DNA from: Flavobacteriales bacterium
GTDB taxonomy: Bacteria; Bacteroidota; Bacteroidia; Palsa-965
Assembly: GCA_040377305.1 (NCBI GenBank)
Contig: JBEIPA010000009.1
Coordinates: 1 to 64,000, forward strand
DNA: 64,000 nucleotides
Direction: 5' to 3'
In this document: piece after piece, positions 19,882-30,500 of the stretch
Layout: every line of letters begins with the position of its first letter
How positions within the stretch are numbered: the stretch's first letter is position 1
Position numbers and translations under genes: made by a program
The notes under the pieces: generated by a model
Told to the model about the DNA's origin: nothing
Seen by the model: only the letters and a program-made list of their open reading frames with translations
Database searches by the model: none

Positions 19882-20265
19882 TTAAAACTTCACCGATCCG
19901 TCTTCTGATTTTTCTCCAACATTAATGTCGAATCCGCCGCTCATCGTAAATCCGCGACGAGTACCGGCTGTGTTGCCACCCCCATGACTCTTCCGCGCCG
20001 AATTCCGCTGACGATTTTTGATACGTTTCTTTTGGCGGTTGCGTGCATTTACTTCGTTAGGTGATTTGTATCCACCACGATTTCCCTTGCGTGCAGAGCG
20101 GGAGTTATTCGCAGAGCCCGTTCCGTTATTTAGTCCGGCGCAGAGTTTTTCTCCTTCACAGGAAGTAAAAAGCACCATCAGCGGGAGCATTACGAATACG
20201 GAAAGTTTGAGAAATCGACGGAGCAGCATGAAGGGTTCAAGATACATCAAATCCTGTTTTTTCAA
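19882..20265 (-). CDS. small, highly basic putative lipoprotein
   Basis: Hydrophobic leader ending FTSC, then an Arg/Lys-rich low-complexity body. Confidence 0.55.
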   Translation of the reverse strand: MKKQDLMYLEPFMLLRRFLKLSVFVMLPLMVLFTSCEGEKLCAGLNNGTGSANNSRSARKGNRGGYKSPNEVNARNRQKKRIKNRQRNSARKSHGGGNTAGTRRGFTMSGGFDINVGEKSEDGSVKF

Positions 20266-20525
20266 AATAAATCCAAGGAACTTTCATTAATGGTCGGGTG
20301 TTAATAAGCCCTTTCACAGACGGTATTTATTGGCTGAAACTCAACGACGCCTATTGGATTCCGGCAGTAATTGGTCTAATTTGCGGTTGACAAATCACCC
20401 ACCTTTGGATGAAGCACGTTTACAGGATTTTATTCCTCGCGACCACTCTTTGTGTATCAGCTCCGGTGACATTTACGCGATATGAGCGGAAATAGATCAA
20501 CCCAAATAATTACGATCGCACATAA

Positions 20526-21371
20526 ATGAGTACAATTGTTCTTGAGGGCGGTCCTTTTTGGCTTTTTTTACTTGCGAGTCTCATTCAACTTGGCGTTGTA
20601 ATTCTGTTTACCGTTCTCTGGTGTAATAGTATGGAACGCGCATTGCGTGCCTGTGATCCTTCAAGCCGTAAAATGCAAATGGGACAATCGTGGATTATTT
20701 TTGTTCCACTCTTCGGATTCATCTGGCAGTTTGTTGCAGTGAACAGAGTCAGTGAATCACTTGCAACAGAGTATCATTTGCGCGGATGGAAGTCAGACGA
20801 AGGTCGCCCGGGAATCGAAACCGGATTAATTGCGTGTGTGGTGATTCTCGTTGTGTTTCTGCTTCGCGTATTGATTGTTCTGCATCCGGGAATTTCAGTA
20901 TTCATGTCGCTGGGCGTTTGCCTCTGTATGTATATGCATCGCGAGCGTCTGAATGCATTTACAGAACGGCTTGAAATGGAGAACAGGAAAGCGCAACAAT
21001 CATTCGACTTTAGCAGCGGACCCAATCCGTTCACGCAACAACCAGTCACACAACAATCATTCACTCCGCAGTCGTTTATCCAACCAAACTTCAACCAACC
21101 ACAATACGTTTCGCCGAACTTCAATCCCCAATATCCTCCGCAAGCAGTTCCGCAGTACAATCCACCAGCGAATCAACATCCGTATCAACCGCAGAATCCG
21201 TTTCAACCTCAGCAGCATATTCCGCCGGTACAGCAGTTCGCGCCTCCGCAGCAACAGAAGCAACAAGAAGAACAACGTCCTGCGGGAGGATGGGATGGCA
21301 TCACTACGTGGGAAGCTCCGGAAGGATGGAAGCATCCTGATCTTACGGACCCTCGCGCATATTTTAGCTGA
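20526..21371 (+). CDS. membrane protein (DUF4328-like) with Pro/Gln-rich tail, paralogue 1
   Basis: WIIFVPLFGFIWQF motif, about 4 TMs, long PQ-rich C-terminus. Confidence 0.8.
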   Translation: MSTIVLEGGPFWLFLLASLIQLGVVILFTVLWCNSMERALRACDPSSRKMQMGQSWIIFVPLFGFIWQFVAVNRVSESLATEYHLRGWKSDEGRPGIETGLIACVVILVVFLLRVLIVLHPGISVFMSLGVCLCMYMHRERLNAFTERLEMENRKAQQSFDFSSGPNPFTQQPVTQQSFTPQSFIQPNFNQPQYVSPNFNPQYPPQAVPQYNPPANQHPYQPQNPFQPQQHIPPVQQFAPPQQQKQQEEQRPAGGWDGITTWEAPEGWKHPDLTDPRAYFS

Positions 21372-21390
21372 TAGAAATTAACTTTGAAGT

Positions 21391-21993
21391 ATGGATGATT
21401 ATCAGGAGCCCACTGGAATTTCTGATTTCGCGATGTATGTAATTCTCATCATCGTCACAATTGTGGTGTTATGCGTGCTGGCGAACATGATTGCAAATCT
21501 CATTGACAGAGTTTCGGTAGATCTGCGCACAATCAATTCGGGACAAGCCTGGCTTTCCATCATTCCTATTTTCGGAAGCTTCTGGTTATTCTACGTTGTA
21601 CAGCAAACGGCGAATATGGTTGGCGAAGAATTCCGCCGAAGAAAAATTGTTGAGTTTGAAACTTCTCCCGGACTTGCGATCGGCTGGGGCTTCAGTTTCA
21701 TATTGCTGTGTGCACAACTCACGCTGATGTTTGAGTCGACTTTTTTCACTGCAATTCTATATCTCGGAGCCATCGCAACATTTATTATTTATTGCGTAAA
21801 GCTCGCAGGGCAAAAGGCAAAGTTCGACAACGATCTCATGCGACAGAACTTGCAGCAATTTCAACAACCTTACATGCAACATCCAATGCATCCGTTTCCG
21901 GAGCAAGCTCCTTACAATCCGCCACATCAGGATTTTCCACCACCACCACTCACACCTACTCCTGAAGAGTGGGAAAAGTGGAAACCTAAGTAA
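21391..21993 (+). CDS. membrane protein (DUF4328-like) with Pro/Gln-rich tail, paralogue 2
   Basis: WLSIIPIFGSFWLF motif. Confidence 0.8.
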   Translation: MDDYQEPTGISDFAMYVILIIVTIVVLCVLANMIANLIDRVSVDLRTINSGQAWLSIIPIFGSFWLFYVVQQTANMVGEEFRRRKIVEFETSPGLAIGWGFSFILLCAQLTLMFESTFFTAILYLGAIATFIIYCVKLAGQKAKFDNDLMRQNLQQFQQPYMQHPMHPFPEQAPYNPPHQDFPPPPLTPTPEEWEKWKPK

Positions 21994-22063
21994 TTCACGT
22001 TTTTTAAGTCTTGAATCGCGTAGCACACGGGGCAACGAGTAATTGCGTTTCGTAGATTTGGAT

Positions 22064-22747
22064 ATGGGATTCATGCAGCTCGTTGATTATATCTGGGTTT
22101 TCTTCCTCGTCTGTGGAATTCCCATCATGATCATTTGGATGGTGGTGATGAACAAAGCCCTCGATCAGGTGTCGCACGACTTGCGTCGCATGGAACCGAA
22201 TGCAGTGTGGTTGTGTTTAATTCCTCTATTCGGATTTGTGTGGCAATTTCTTGTTGCAGGTGCAGTGAGTGAAGGACTCGCGAAAGAATTACTTGCACGT
22301 AATATGTTTCCGAAGGAAGAAAAGCCAGCGTATGGTTACGGATTGAGTGGGTCTATTCTCATTTGCTGTTGCATCATTCCTTATGTTGGCGTGTGCATCG
22401 CAATCATAGGACTTATTTTGCTTGTTGTGCACCTGATTAAAATTGCGGAGTATAATTCCGTGCTCAAAGAATCAGGTCGTTGGGAAACACGTTACAACGC
22501 AAGAATGGAAGCGATACGAGCGCAGATGGGACAGTCGTGGCAGCAGAACAATCCGTATCCGAGTTACCAAACACCACCAATGTATAATCAGCAGTTGCCG
22601 TATCAGAATATTGCACCGCAACAGTCGGGATACATGCCGCCACCGCCAACATATACATCACCACCACCGGGCTATCCTCAGTTCACTCCGCCGGCGGATC
22701 CACCGAAGTACAAAGGGAAGGACAAGCCGGAGAACCCATTTGGGTGA
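22064..22747 (+). CDS. membrane protein (DUF4328-like) with Pro/Gln-rich tail, paralogue 3
   Basis: WLCLIPLFGFVWQF motif; ATG 22064 (track start 22043). Confidence 0.8.
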   Translation: MGFMQLVDYIWVFFLVCGIPIMIIWMVVMNKALDQVSHDLRRMEPNAVWLCLIPLFGFVWQFLVAGAVSEGLAKELLARNMFPKEEKPAYGYGLSGSILICCCIIPYVGVCIAIIGLILLVVHLIKIAEYNSVLKESGRWETRYNARMEAIRAQMGQSWQQNNPYPSYQTPPMYNQQLPYQNIAPQQSGYMPPPPTYTSPPPGYPQFTPPADPPKYKGKDKPENPFG

Positions 22748-22843
22748 CCACATAGGATCATAGCCCGTTGTTTTCTCGATGTGCAGAAGAACGATGATCG
22801 CGCAGCGCCTTAGCAAGTTTCGCAAACTATGATCCTATGTGGT
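22747..22843. repeat. miniature inverted-repeat element, ACCACATAGGATCATAG family (copy 1)
   Basis: Perfect 17-bp terminal IR 22747-22763/22827-22843. Confidence 0.8.
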
Positions 22844-22845
22844 GA

Positions 22846-23793
22846 TTATCCAGTAATGCCAATGTGGATGAGCGCATCTCCCTGATTAACCACGGGCTGA
22901 TTATTGATTCCAACAATGTATCCGGTGTGCGGCGCGAGAATGTGGTGTTCAACTTCACCGTAAGGATCACAGATCATACCGAGAACATCACCTTTCGCAA
23001 CATTTTGTCCGTAGTGTTTTGTTGTGTGAAACAATCCGGAACTCTTTGCGCGTATCCATGAAGTTTTCGGAAGGAACACCGGCTTGTGATCAGGAACGTC
23101 TGCATCAATCATTTTGAAATGATTTAACATGCGGATGCAACCATTTAATCCCTCCTTTACGCTCGGGCGGTCGAAACGGTGTGATTCTCCTCCTTCGAAT
23201 ACAAGAATCTGCTTTCCGCTTTTCGCGGCTTCCTTGCGCAGCGTACTATCGCGGAACGGAGAATTGAGTACGAGAGGAGGTGCAAATATTTTGGCGAGCT
23301 CCAGATTTTTCTTGTCGTCGAACACACAGCGGATTTGCGGATAGTTCGTAATCTTCGAACCTCCTGTGTGAAAGTCAATCCCAAAATCGATCTGCGGTAT
23401 AATTGTGTCGAGTAAATCGTGCGCGATGCGACTGCCGAGCGATCCGGTTTTATTTCCGGGAAAGCAGCGGTTCAGATCGCGCCCGTCCGGAAGATCACGT
23501 GAGCCTGCGAGAAATGAAATGATGTTGATAACCGGAATGGCTACAACACAACCTCGTTTCAGTTTGCGAATGTCTTTACGCATGATGAGCTGGCGGACAA
23601 TTTCTATTCCGTTGATTTCATCGCCATGCATTCCGGCAAGAAAAAGTATCGTCGGTCCGGGCTTCGCACCGTTGAAAACGAACACGGGTATTTCAATGAC
23701 AGTGTGTGTAGGTAGCTTGTACGAATTCAGCACCACCTGCGCGTGATCGCCTGCAGAGATTGTTTCGCCTTGTATCTTGAATGGTTTGCCCAT
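22846..23793 (-). CDS. succinylglutamate desuccinylase/aspartoacylase family (M14-like) protein
   Basis: HGDEING, DLNRCFPG, IDFHTG, FEGGE. Confidence 0.9.
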   Translation of the reverse strand: MGKPFKIQGETISAGDHAQVVLNSYKLPTHTVIEIPVFVFNGAKPGPTILFLAGMHGDEINGIEIVRQLIMRKDIRKLKRGCVVAIPVINIISFLAGSRDLPDGRDLNRCFPGNKTGSLGSRIAHDLLDTIIPQIDFGIDFHTGGSKITNYPQIRCVFDDKKNLELAKIFAPPLVLNSPFRDSTLRKEAAKSGKQILVFEGGESHRFDRPSVKEGLNGCIRMLNHFKMIDADVPDHKPVFLPKTSWIRAKSSGLFHTTKHYGQNVAKGDVLGMICDPYGEVEHHILAPHTGYIVGINNQPVVNQGDALIHIGITG

Positions 23794-23816
23794 AAATATT
23801 TCTTCCTTGTCCGCCT

Positions 23817-23880
23817 TCGACTCCGCTCAGTCTGACAATTAATCGTGATGGAACCCGTTTGTCAGACCGAGCGGAGTCGA
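23817..23880. repeat. REP doublet TGTCAGACYGAGCGGAGTCGA
   Basis: 22-bp IR with 1 mismatch, 23817-23838/23859-23880, inside the rimK operon spacer. Confidence 0.75.
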
Positions 23881-23890
23881 TGGTTGACGA

Positions 23891-24781
23891 TCAAACCGTA
23901 TGCTGATGAAATTCGTTTCGTTCCACGTATTCAATAATTTTTCCGGCGATATCAACCTTTGTTGCACCTTCAATTCCTTCAAGACCGGGTGAAGAATTTA
24001 CTTCCATCACCAATGGTCCGCGAGAAGACTGAAGCATGTCAACACCGGCAATTACCAGCCCAAGTTTTTTCACAGCTTTGATCGCGGTGAGTTTTTCTTC
24101 CGGAGAAAGCTCAAGCAGTGAAGCTGTTCCTCCGCGGTGTAAGTTCGAACGGAAATCTCCTTCGGCACCCTGTCTGCGCATCGCACCCACAATTTGTCCG
24201 TCTACAATGAAAGCACGGATATCGGCCCCGCCCGCTTCTTTGATGAATTCCTGAACGAGGATGTTTACCTCTACATCGAGAAACGCTTCGATAACAGATT
24301 TCGCAGAGTTGCGTGTCTCCGCGAGAATTACTCCGATGCCTTGTGTTCCTTCGAGAAGTTTGATCACGACCGGAGCGCCACCAACCTGATTCAGTACGTC
24401 GTCAATATTTTTCGGGCTCGACGCGAAAGCTGTTTTCGGCATTCCCAATCCGGCTTTCGCAAGCAACTGAAGGCTACGCAGCTTATCACGTGAACGTACG
24501 AGTGCCTGTGACTCGAGTGTTGAAAATGTGTGCATCTGCTCGAACTGACGAACAACTGCCGCACCATAGAATGTAACACTCGCTCCGATACGCGGAATGA
24601 TTGCATCAAATTTCGGAAGCTCTTCTCCGCGATAGATTATACGCGGCTTGTTCGATTCAATGACGAGTACACATTTCTGGTGATCGATTACGTGTACTTC
24701 ATGTCCACGCAATTGCGCTGCTTCAACAATTCGTGCAGTGGAGTAGAGGTGTGCATTACGCGATAAAATTCCTATGCGCAT
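23891..24781 (-). CDS. rimK: RimK alpha-L-glutamate ligase (ATP-grasp)
   Basis: [56 protein letters not shown]. Confidence 0.95.
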   Translation of the reverse strand: MRIGILSRNAHLYSTARIVEAAQLRGHEVHVIDHQKCVLVIESNKPRIIYRGEELPKFDAIIPRIGASVTFYGAAVVRQFEQMHTFSTLESQALVRSRDKLRSLQLLAKAGLGMPKTAFASSPKNIDDVLNQVGGAPVVIKLLEGTQGIGVILAETRNSAKSVIEAFLDVEVNILVQEFIKEAGGADIRAFIVDGQIVGAMRRQGAEGDFRSNLHRGGTASLLELSPEEKLTAIKAVKKLGLVIAGVDMLQSSRGPLVMEVNSSPGLEGIEGATKVDIAGKIIEYVERNEFHQHTV

Positions 24782-24814
24782 ATTATTTAGGATTAGCTAT
24801 GTACAATTTGTGAT

Positions 24815-25267
24815 TCAGATCGCGGTGTTTGGTAATCGAGAAACCTCGTTGAGTTTCGATACATCAACAAGAAAACGATTCTTGAGTAATCGTCTTCCGA
24901 ATAGTACCGGGTATTTCATATTTGCACGATCTGTTAACGAAACGATTCCACGAAGCGTTCGGGTTCCAATTGAAATCCGCGTACGAATGATGTAACGCAG
25001 TTCTGATTCACCCATGGAACTCTTAATCGTTTTCTGTTCGAACTTTTCGAAGCGATGCTCTGTGTCCTGATATTCGGGATGGGATTCGTCGAGCAAACGG
25101 AAACACAAAACACCGTCTTCAATGCGAACGTGGTGACAGTGCAGCGCAGTTGTGTTTGCGCCCGTGTCAATTTTGGCAACGAGTCCAAACAATCCCAAAT
25201 CAGGAAAGTCGACGATCTCGCGACGACCGACGGTGAGAATAGGCTTTATTTTCTTCTTCTTGACCAC
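24815..25267 (-). CDS. RimK-associated retropepsin-like protease (RimB/ATP-dependent Zn protease family)
   Basis: AKIDTGA, SLTDRANMKYPVLFGR; directly upstream of rimK. Confidence 0.88.
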   Translation of the reverse strand: MVKKKKIKPILTVGRREIVDFPDLGLFGLVAKIDTGANTTALHCHHVRIEDGVLCFRLLDESHPEYQDTEHRFEKFEQKTIKSSMGESELRYIIRTRISIGTRTLRGIVSLTDRANMKYPVLFGRRLLKNRFLVDVSKLNEVSRLPNTAI

Positions 25268-25335
25268 TCTGAATCTGTCGAAACAATAAACGGCAGAGTA
25301 GTAAGCTCTGCCGTTCTATGAAAATAGTGGTTTAA

Positions 25336-26262
25336 TTACTTCTTCGGCTTCAAATCCATATTCGAGATCGCCATCATCTCTTTCATTGTCTTTTGCATGC
25401 CTTCGGTTGAACCGTCGAGGAAGATTACGTTTCCTTCTCCGTGTTCAGCAAAGTTCTTCACGGCTTCTGTCCACATAGAGAATAGAATAAGTGATGCATC
25501 GAGATCAGAATCCTGCATCATTTTCGCTGCATGACTCATACCCTTAGCCACCTCTTCGCGGAAGAGAGCCACACCTTGTCCACGCAACTGAGCAGCTTCT
25601 TTTTCTGCCTGAGCCGCAATTTTGATCGCGTTACCTTCTGCTTCTGCAGCTTTTGTTTTCGTGATGAGGAGCGCTTGCCCTTCGTTTTCAGCAGCAGCTT
25701 TCAAGTTGTTTGATGCTACGACTTTCGCCATTGAACGCATTACTTCTTCATCGAAGGTGATATCGTTCAACTGAAGATCGATGAGGTGATAACCCCATGA
25801 CTCCAACGTTTGGTCAAGCTGGTCTTTTACGGTGTTCACTGTTTCGTGACGAAGCAAGAGAATTTCAGATTGCTTTTTCGTAGCAACGAATGCACGTACC
25901 GAACCTTCAACAGAACGAATAAGTGCAGCCATGAAGTTCTGATCGTTTACGAATTTGAAGGCAACGTTCTTCACGTTTACTTCATCGCTGTTCAACACAG
26001 AATACAGCAACATTGCAGTGAAGTTTACGTTCGCCTGGTCAATTGTTACCGCCTGGAAACCGAGCTCCACCGAACGGTTCTGAACAGAAATTCTTTTGAA
26101 TACGCGCTCAATAAATGGAATCTTGAAATTCAATCCCGGATAAAGTGTGCGACTGTATTTTCCGAAAATTGTGGTGACGCCGGCTGTACCCTGTTGAATG
26201 GTTACAAACGACAACAATAAAACGAGGAATAAAAATCCTCCTAAAACAGCGTAGAAAATCAT
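25336..26262 (-). CDS. SPFH/band 7 domain protein
   Basis: N-terminal TM, FGKYSRTLYPGLNFKIPF, coiled AENE/AEAE region. Confidence 0.9.
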   Translation of the reverse strand: MIFYAVLGGFLFLVLLLSFVTIQQGTAGVTTIFGKYSRTLYPGLNFKIPFIERVFKRISVQNRSVELGFQAVTIDQANVNFTAMLLYSVLNSDEVNVKNVAFKFVNDQNFMAALIRSVEGSVRAFVATKKQSEILLLRHETVNTVKDQLDQTLESWGYHLIDLQLNDITFDEEVMRSMAKVVASNNLKAAAENEGQALLITKTKAAEAEGNAIKIAAQAEKEAAQLRGQGVALFREEVAKGMSHAAKMMQDSDLDASLILFSMWTEAVKNFAEHGEGNVIFLDGSTEGMQKTMKEMMAISNMDLKPKK

Positions 26263-26304
26263 GGTTTATTTGGGTTGTTGTTGAAGGCGAAAAGTACGAA
26301 AAAA

Positions 26305-26422
26305 GGGAATGGGGGATGGGTAATACGGGATGCGGAATGCGGAAAAAAGCAACTGATTGTATTTATTAATTCCTTTTCCCGCGCCCCGTATTCCCTATTC
26401 CGCTTCCCTCATTCCTCATACC
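26305..26422. repeat. inverted pair of degenerate heptamer arrays (SGGAATG x6 / NYATTCC x7)
   Basis: gggaatg ggggatg ggtaata cgggatg cggaatg cggaaaa ... ttttccc gcgcccc gtattcc ctattcc gcttccc tcattcc tcatacc, between divergent genes. Confidence 0.7.
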
Positions 26423-26430
26423 TTTACCAG

Positions 26431-27492
26431 GTGAAGGTTGACTATCTCATTGTTGGACAGGGCATCGCCGGAAGTGTGATGGCATTGACGCTGGAGAGGA
26501 TGGAGAAATCGGTGGCCATTCTTAGTAAGCCCGAACTTTCTTCATCTTCCATTATTGCAGCCGGCGTTTACAATCCGTTCAATTTCCGTCGGACTATGCC
26601 CGTGTGGAAGGCGCGCGAAGCCACGGGTGCGGCCCGCGATTTTTATCCGTGGTTCGAGCAATTATCGGGATCACGATTTCATTTCGGCAGGCGCATTAAA
26701 CGTCTTTTTCTTTCCGAAGACGAGCGAAAACAATGGGACGACTACATCACTGCAAACACAACCGGGGAGTTTGTCATGCCGCGAGCCCTGATGGGAGGAG
26801 GTGAAGAATATATTCACGCGCCTTTCGGTTATGGATGGATTGAGAAAGGCGGCATTGTCGACACAAAAAAATTCCTCCTCACCGTAAGGGATCATTTTAG
26901 TAATCGCGGTTACTATCTGGAGGAGAAGTGTAAGCACGCAGGGTTTTTCTCTTCTGAAAATGGTGTTGTTTACGACTCACGCGTGGAAGCGAACCATGTT
27001 ATTTTCTGTGAAGGACATCTCGCCAATAGCAACCCGTTTTTTGATTCTAAAGTAATAGCGCCAACAAAAGGAGAACTGTTGCATGTGGACATTCCCGGCT
27101 TCAACGTTCCCGGTGTAGTAAACGGTCAGGTATACGTGGCTTCACTTGATGACAACTTCAGTCAATATGCGTGCGGAGCCACATTCAATCCCGGAAAATC
27201 TGATGAAGAGATTACTGATACCGGCAAAGAACAACTCATCGAAAAATTGAAAACGATTACTGACTTGCCATTTGAAGTGATCGGTCACTATGCCGGGGTT
27301 CGTCCTGCCGGGCGCGATCGCAAACCTGTTTTGGGAAGAAGCCGAAACAATCGAAATTTCTCAATTTTTAACGGTTTTGGGAGTAAAGCAGTTCTATACG
27401 CACCATTTTTAGCGCAAATGCTTGCAAATCACCTCGAAAACGGGGCTGAATTGGCGCCCGAAATCAACGTCGCGCGATTTAAAGTCTACTAA
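26431..27492 (+). CDS. FAD-dependent oxidoreductase (DAO family)
   Basis: GTG start then DYLIVGQGIAG Rossmann motif; AGVRP, NGFGSK. Confidence 0.88.
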   Translation: MKVDYLIVGQGIAGSVMALTLERMEKSVAILSKPELSSSSIIAAGVYNPFNFRRTMPVWKAREATGAARDFYPWFEQLSGSRFHFGRRIKRLFLSEDERKQWDDYITANTTGEFVMPRALMGGGEEYIHAPFGYGWIEKGGIVDTKKFLLTVRDHFSNRGYYLEEKCKHAGFFSSENGVVYDSRVEANHVIFCEGHLANSNPFFDSKVIAPTKGELLHVDIPGFNVPGVVNGQVYVASLDDNFSQYACGATFNPGKSDEEITDTGKEQLIEKLKTITDLPFEVIGHYAGVRPAGRDRKPVLGRSRNNRNFSIFNGFGSKAVLYAPFLAQMLANHLENGAELAPEINVARFKVY

Positions 27493-27573
27493 TACACGAT
27501 TCTAAACGCTTATAGTGACCGATTCACTGTGGATTTTCGGTCTAAATTGCATCGTTACTGAAATTCAGAACTC

Positions 27574-30500
27574 ATGTCTACTACCAAATCCGGCCGTTTA
27601 GCCCGCCTGCTCGCTTTTTCAACGCTTGCAATTACGGCCCTCATATTTTTAACCATCAACAGAAGTCCGGTTGCCGTTGCCGAGCCATCTGTTTACCTCA
27701 TCAAAGGAAATTCCTACGAGAAAGAATGGACGCGTGTCGATTCACTCGAAGGACAGGGGCTATATAAATCTGCACTCGAGCTTACGAATCAGATTTACGA
27801 CAAAGCGAAAAAGGAAAACAATTCTCCGCAAGTTGTGAAAGCAATCTTGCATCGATTAAAATTTGAAGAACGCTTTGTAGAAGGAAGTGCCGATCGTGCA
27901 ATCTATTCCATTCGCGATGAACTGAAAACAGCGAAGTATCCACTCAAGCCGGTCTTGCATCACATACTCGGAAACCTTTATTGGCAATATTATCAGAACA
28001 ACCGATGGACGATCATGAATCGCTCGAAGACTGTGAACTTCGAAAATGATTCGGTGAGCACCTGGGATCTCACGAAACTTGTCGACCATACAATTAAGCA
28101 ATATCAGCTGTCGATTGAGATGAAAGACAGTCTTCAGAAAACGGACGCGCATCATTATCTCGATGTGATCACAGAAGGTGATGCAGAAAAACAATTGCGC
28201 CCAACGCTTTACGACTTCCTTGTTCACCCTGCGATTGACATGTTCGCCGCGTATGAACCGGGAATAACACGTCCAGCAGATGCATTTGTAATTGATGATC
28301 CCGCGTATTTTCAGCAGTGGGACAAATTTGTTGCTATCAAACTTGAAACCAGCGATACGATGTCGCTCAAGTTTTATGCGCTAAAGAATTTACAAGACCT
28401 CGTGCGCTTTCACAGTGGCGACAAAGAGCGCGACGCATTCATGATGGCTGATCTGAAACGCTTCATGTTCGTGAGAGACAATTCGGTTGTTGCAGATAAA
28501 GATTCATTGTACGAAGATGGACTTCGTCAGCTTGCAGCAAATAATCCGGATAACAAATTCACAGGAGAAGTGATTTACCAGATCGCGCTCTATCATTCAC
28601 AACAAGCATACAAGTACAATCCTGAACAAGGAGACAAGTATCGTTATGAAAAACAGAGAGCGACCGAACTGGCGGATGAAGTAGTGAAAAGATATCCGGG
28701 AACGTTGGCTGCCACGAAGTGTCAAGACCTCGCAGAAGAAATGCGCGCGAAAGACATGAAGATCATCACGGAAGAAACTGTGATTCCCAATCAACCTTCC
28801 CGCGCTTTGTTTGAATGGACGAACCTGGCAAAAGTGAACTTCCGTATTGTGAAGCTGGATGAAGAATTGGAGAGCCGTTACGACTATAGCTCATGGGATG
28901 ATCAGGTGAAAGAATATTTGCGCAAACCAATCATAGAGAAGTGGTCGCACACTTTACCCATGACGAACGATATGCAACGTCATACTGCGGAGATCAAGAT
29001 TCCTGCGTTGCCTCCCGGACATTATGCAATACTCTCGTCGGATCGTGATTCATTTGAAATGGACAGAAACGGGATTGCGGTTGCAGAATTCTGGTCGTCA
29101 GAAATATCTTACTTACAACGTCGCATGGAAGACGGCACCTACGAAGTATTCTGTTACAACAGAAATACAGGAGTTGCTCTTCCCTCTGTGAATATCAATA
29201 TGTGGGAGGAAAAGTACAGCTACGTTTCCCGCGAATATGAAATGAAGAAGACGGGCTCCTTCGTGAGCGATAAGAACGGAAAACTTGTAATTCCTGCACC
29301 AACAAATTACCGCACGTTCATTCTCGAGTTTCAAACGAACAAGAACCATTTGTATTCTGATTACACGTATCAGTACAAAGCATACCGGGAACCGAAAAAG
29401 AAAACTCCTACAACGTATTTCTTTCTCGATCGTGCAATTTATCGGCCGGGACAAACGGTGTACTTCAAAGGTATTATGGTCAATGGCGACGGAGACAGCC
29501 ACGAAATCATGAAGGGCAAAGCGACCACGGTCAAGTTTTACGATGCGAACTATCAGGAAGTATCGAAGCTTGACCTGACTACGAATGAATATGGTTCAAT
29601 CAGTGGATCCTTCATTGCACCTGCAGCGGGACTCACCGGGCAAATGCATTTACAAAGTGAATCGGGGTCTGCTTACTTCTCAGTAGAAGAGTACAAGCGC
29701 CCGCACTTTGAAGTGATTGTAGATCCGGTGAAAGAAACTTTCCGTGTGAATGACAGCGTGAATGTGATTGGTCACGCAAGATCTTTCTCAGGCGCGGCAG
29801 TTGATGGAGCACAAGTTCGTTATCGTGTGGTTCGTAGCGCCCGCTTCCCATGGTGGTGGTGGTGCTGGTACGGATATTATCCGCAGTCGAGTACCATTGA
29901 AATTACAAACGGAGTTGCGATGACAGACGACACTGGTGGATTTGTAATTCCATTCAAAGCAATTCCGGACAAATCAGTTCCGAAGGCAAGCTCACCGATT
30001 TTCACGTACACGATATATACCGACATCACCGACATCACCGGCGAAACACATAGCGGTAATGGCTGGGCGAACGTTGGTTACAACACGGTTGAAGTGAGCA
30101 CCTACTTGCCTGAAATGGTGGAGAAGACCAGCAAAGACTCCATTGCTGTGACGGTTAACAATCTGAACGGACAACCTGTGCCTTCTGATGTAGCAATCAC
30201 CATTCACAAACTGAATGAACCGGATGTGGTTTTCCGAAACCGAGAATGGAGTCGTCCCGATCAATTCATTTATACAAAAGCAGAGTGGAACAAATGGTTT
30301 CCGGAAGATCCGTATGATAACGAGAACGATTACCTCACCTGGGGAAAAGGCAAACAGGTTTATTCAGGAACTGTGAATTCCGGTAAACCAGGAAAGTTTG
30401 CTGTCGATAAAACTTCCTGGGAATCCGGGCGATATGTCATGGAGCTGAACACAACAGATAAGTTCGGTCAGCCCGCAAAGGACATTCGCTACTTCACATT

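Noticed and set aside
26275-26430. N-terminal extension of the FAD oxidoreductase (similarly 36357-36452 of the SSS gene and 33861-33881 of the cupin)
   Set aside because: These extensions read through intergenic repeats and promoters; downstream starts match family N-termini
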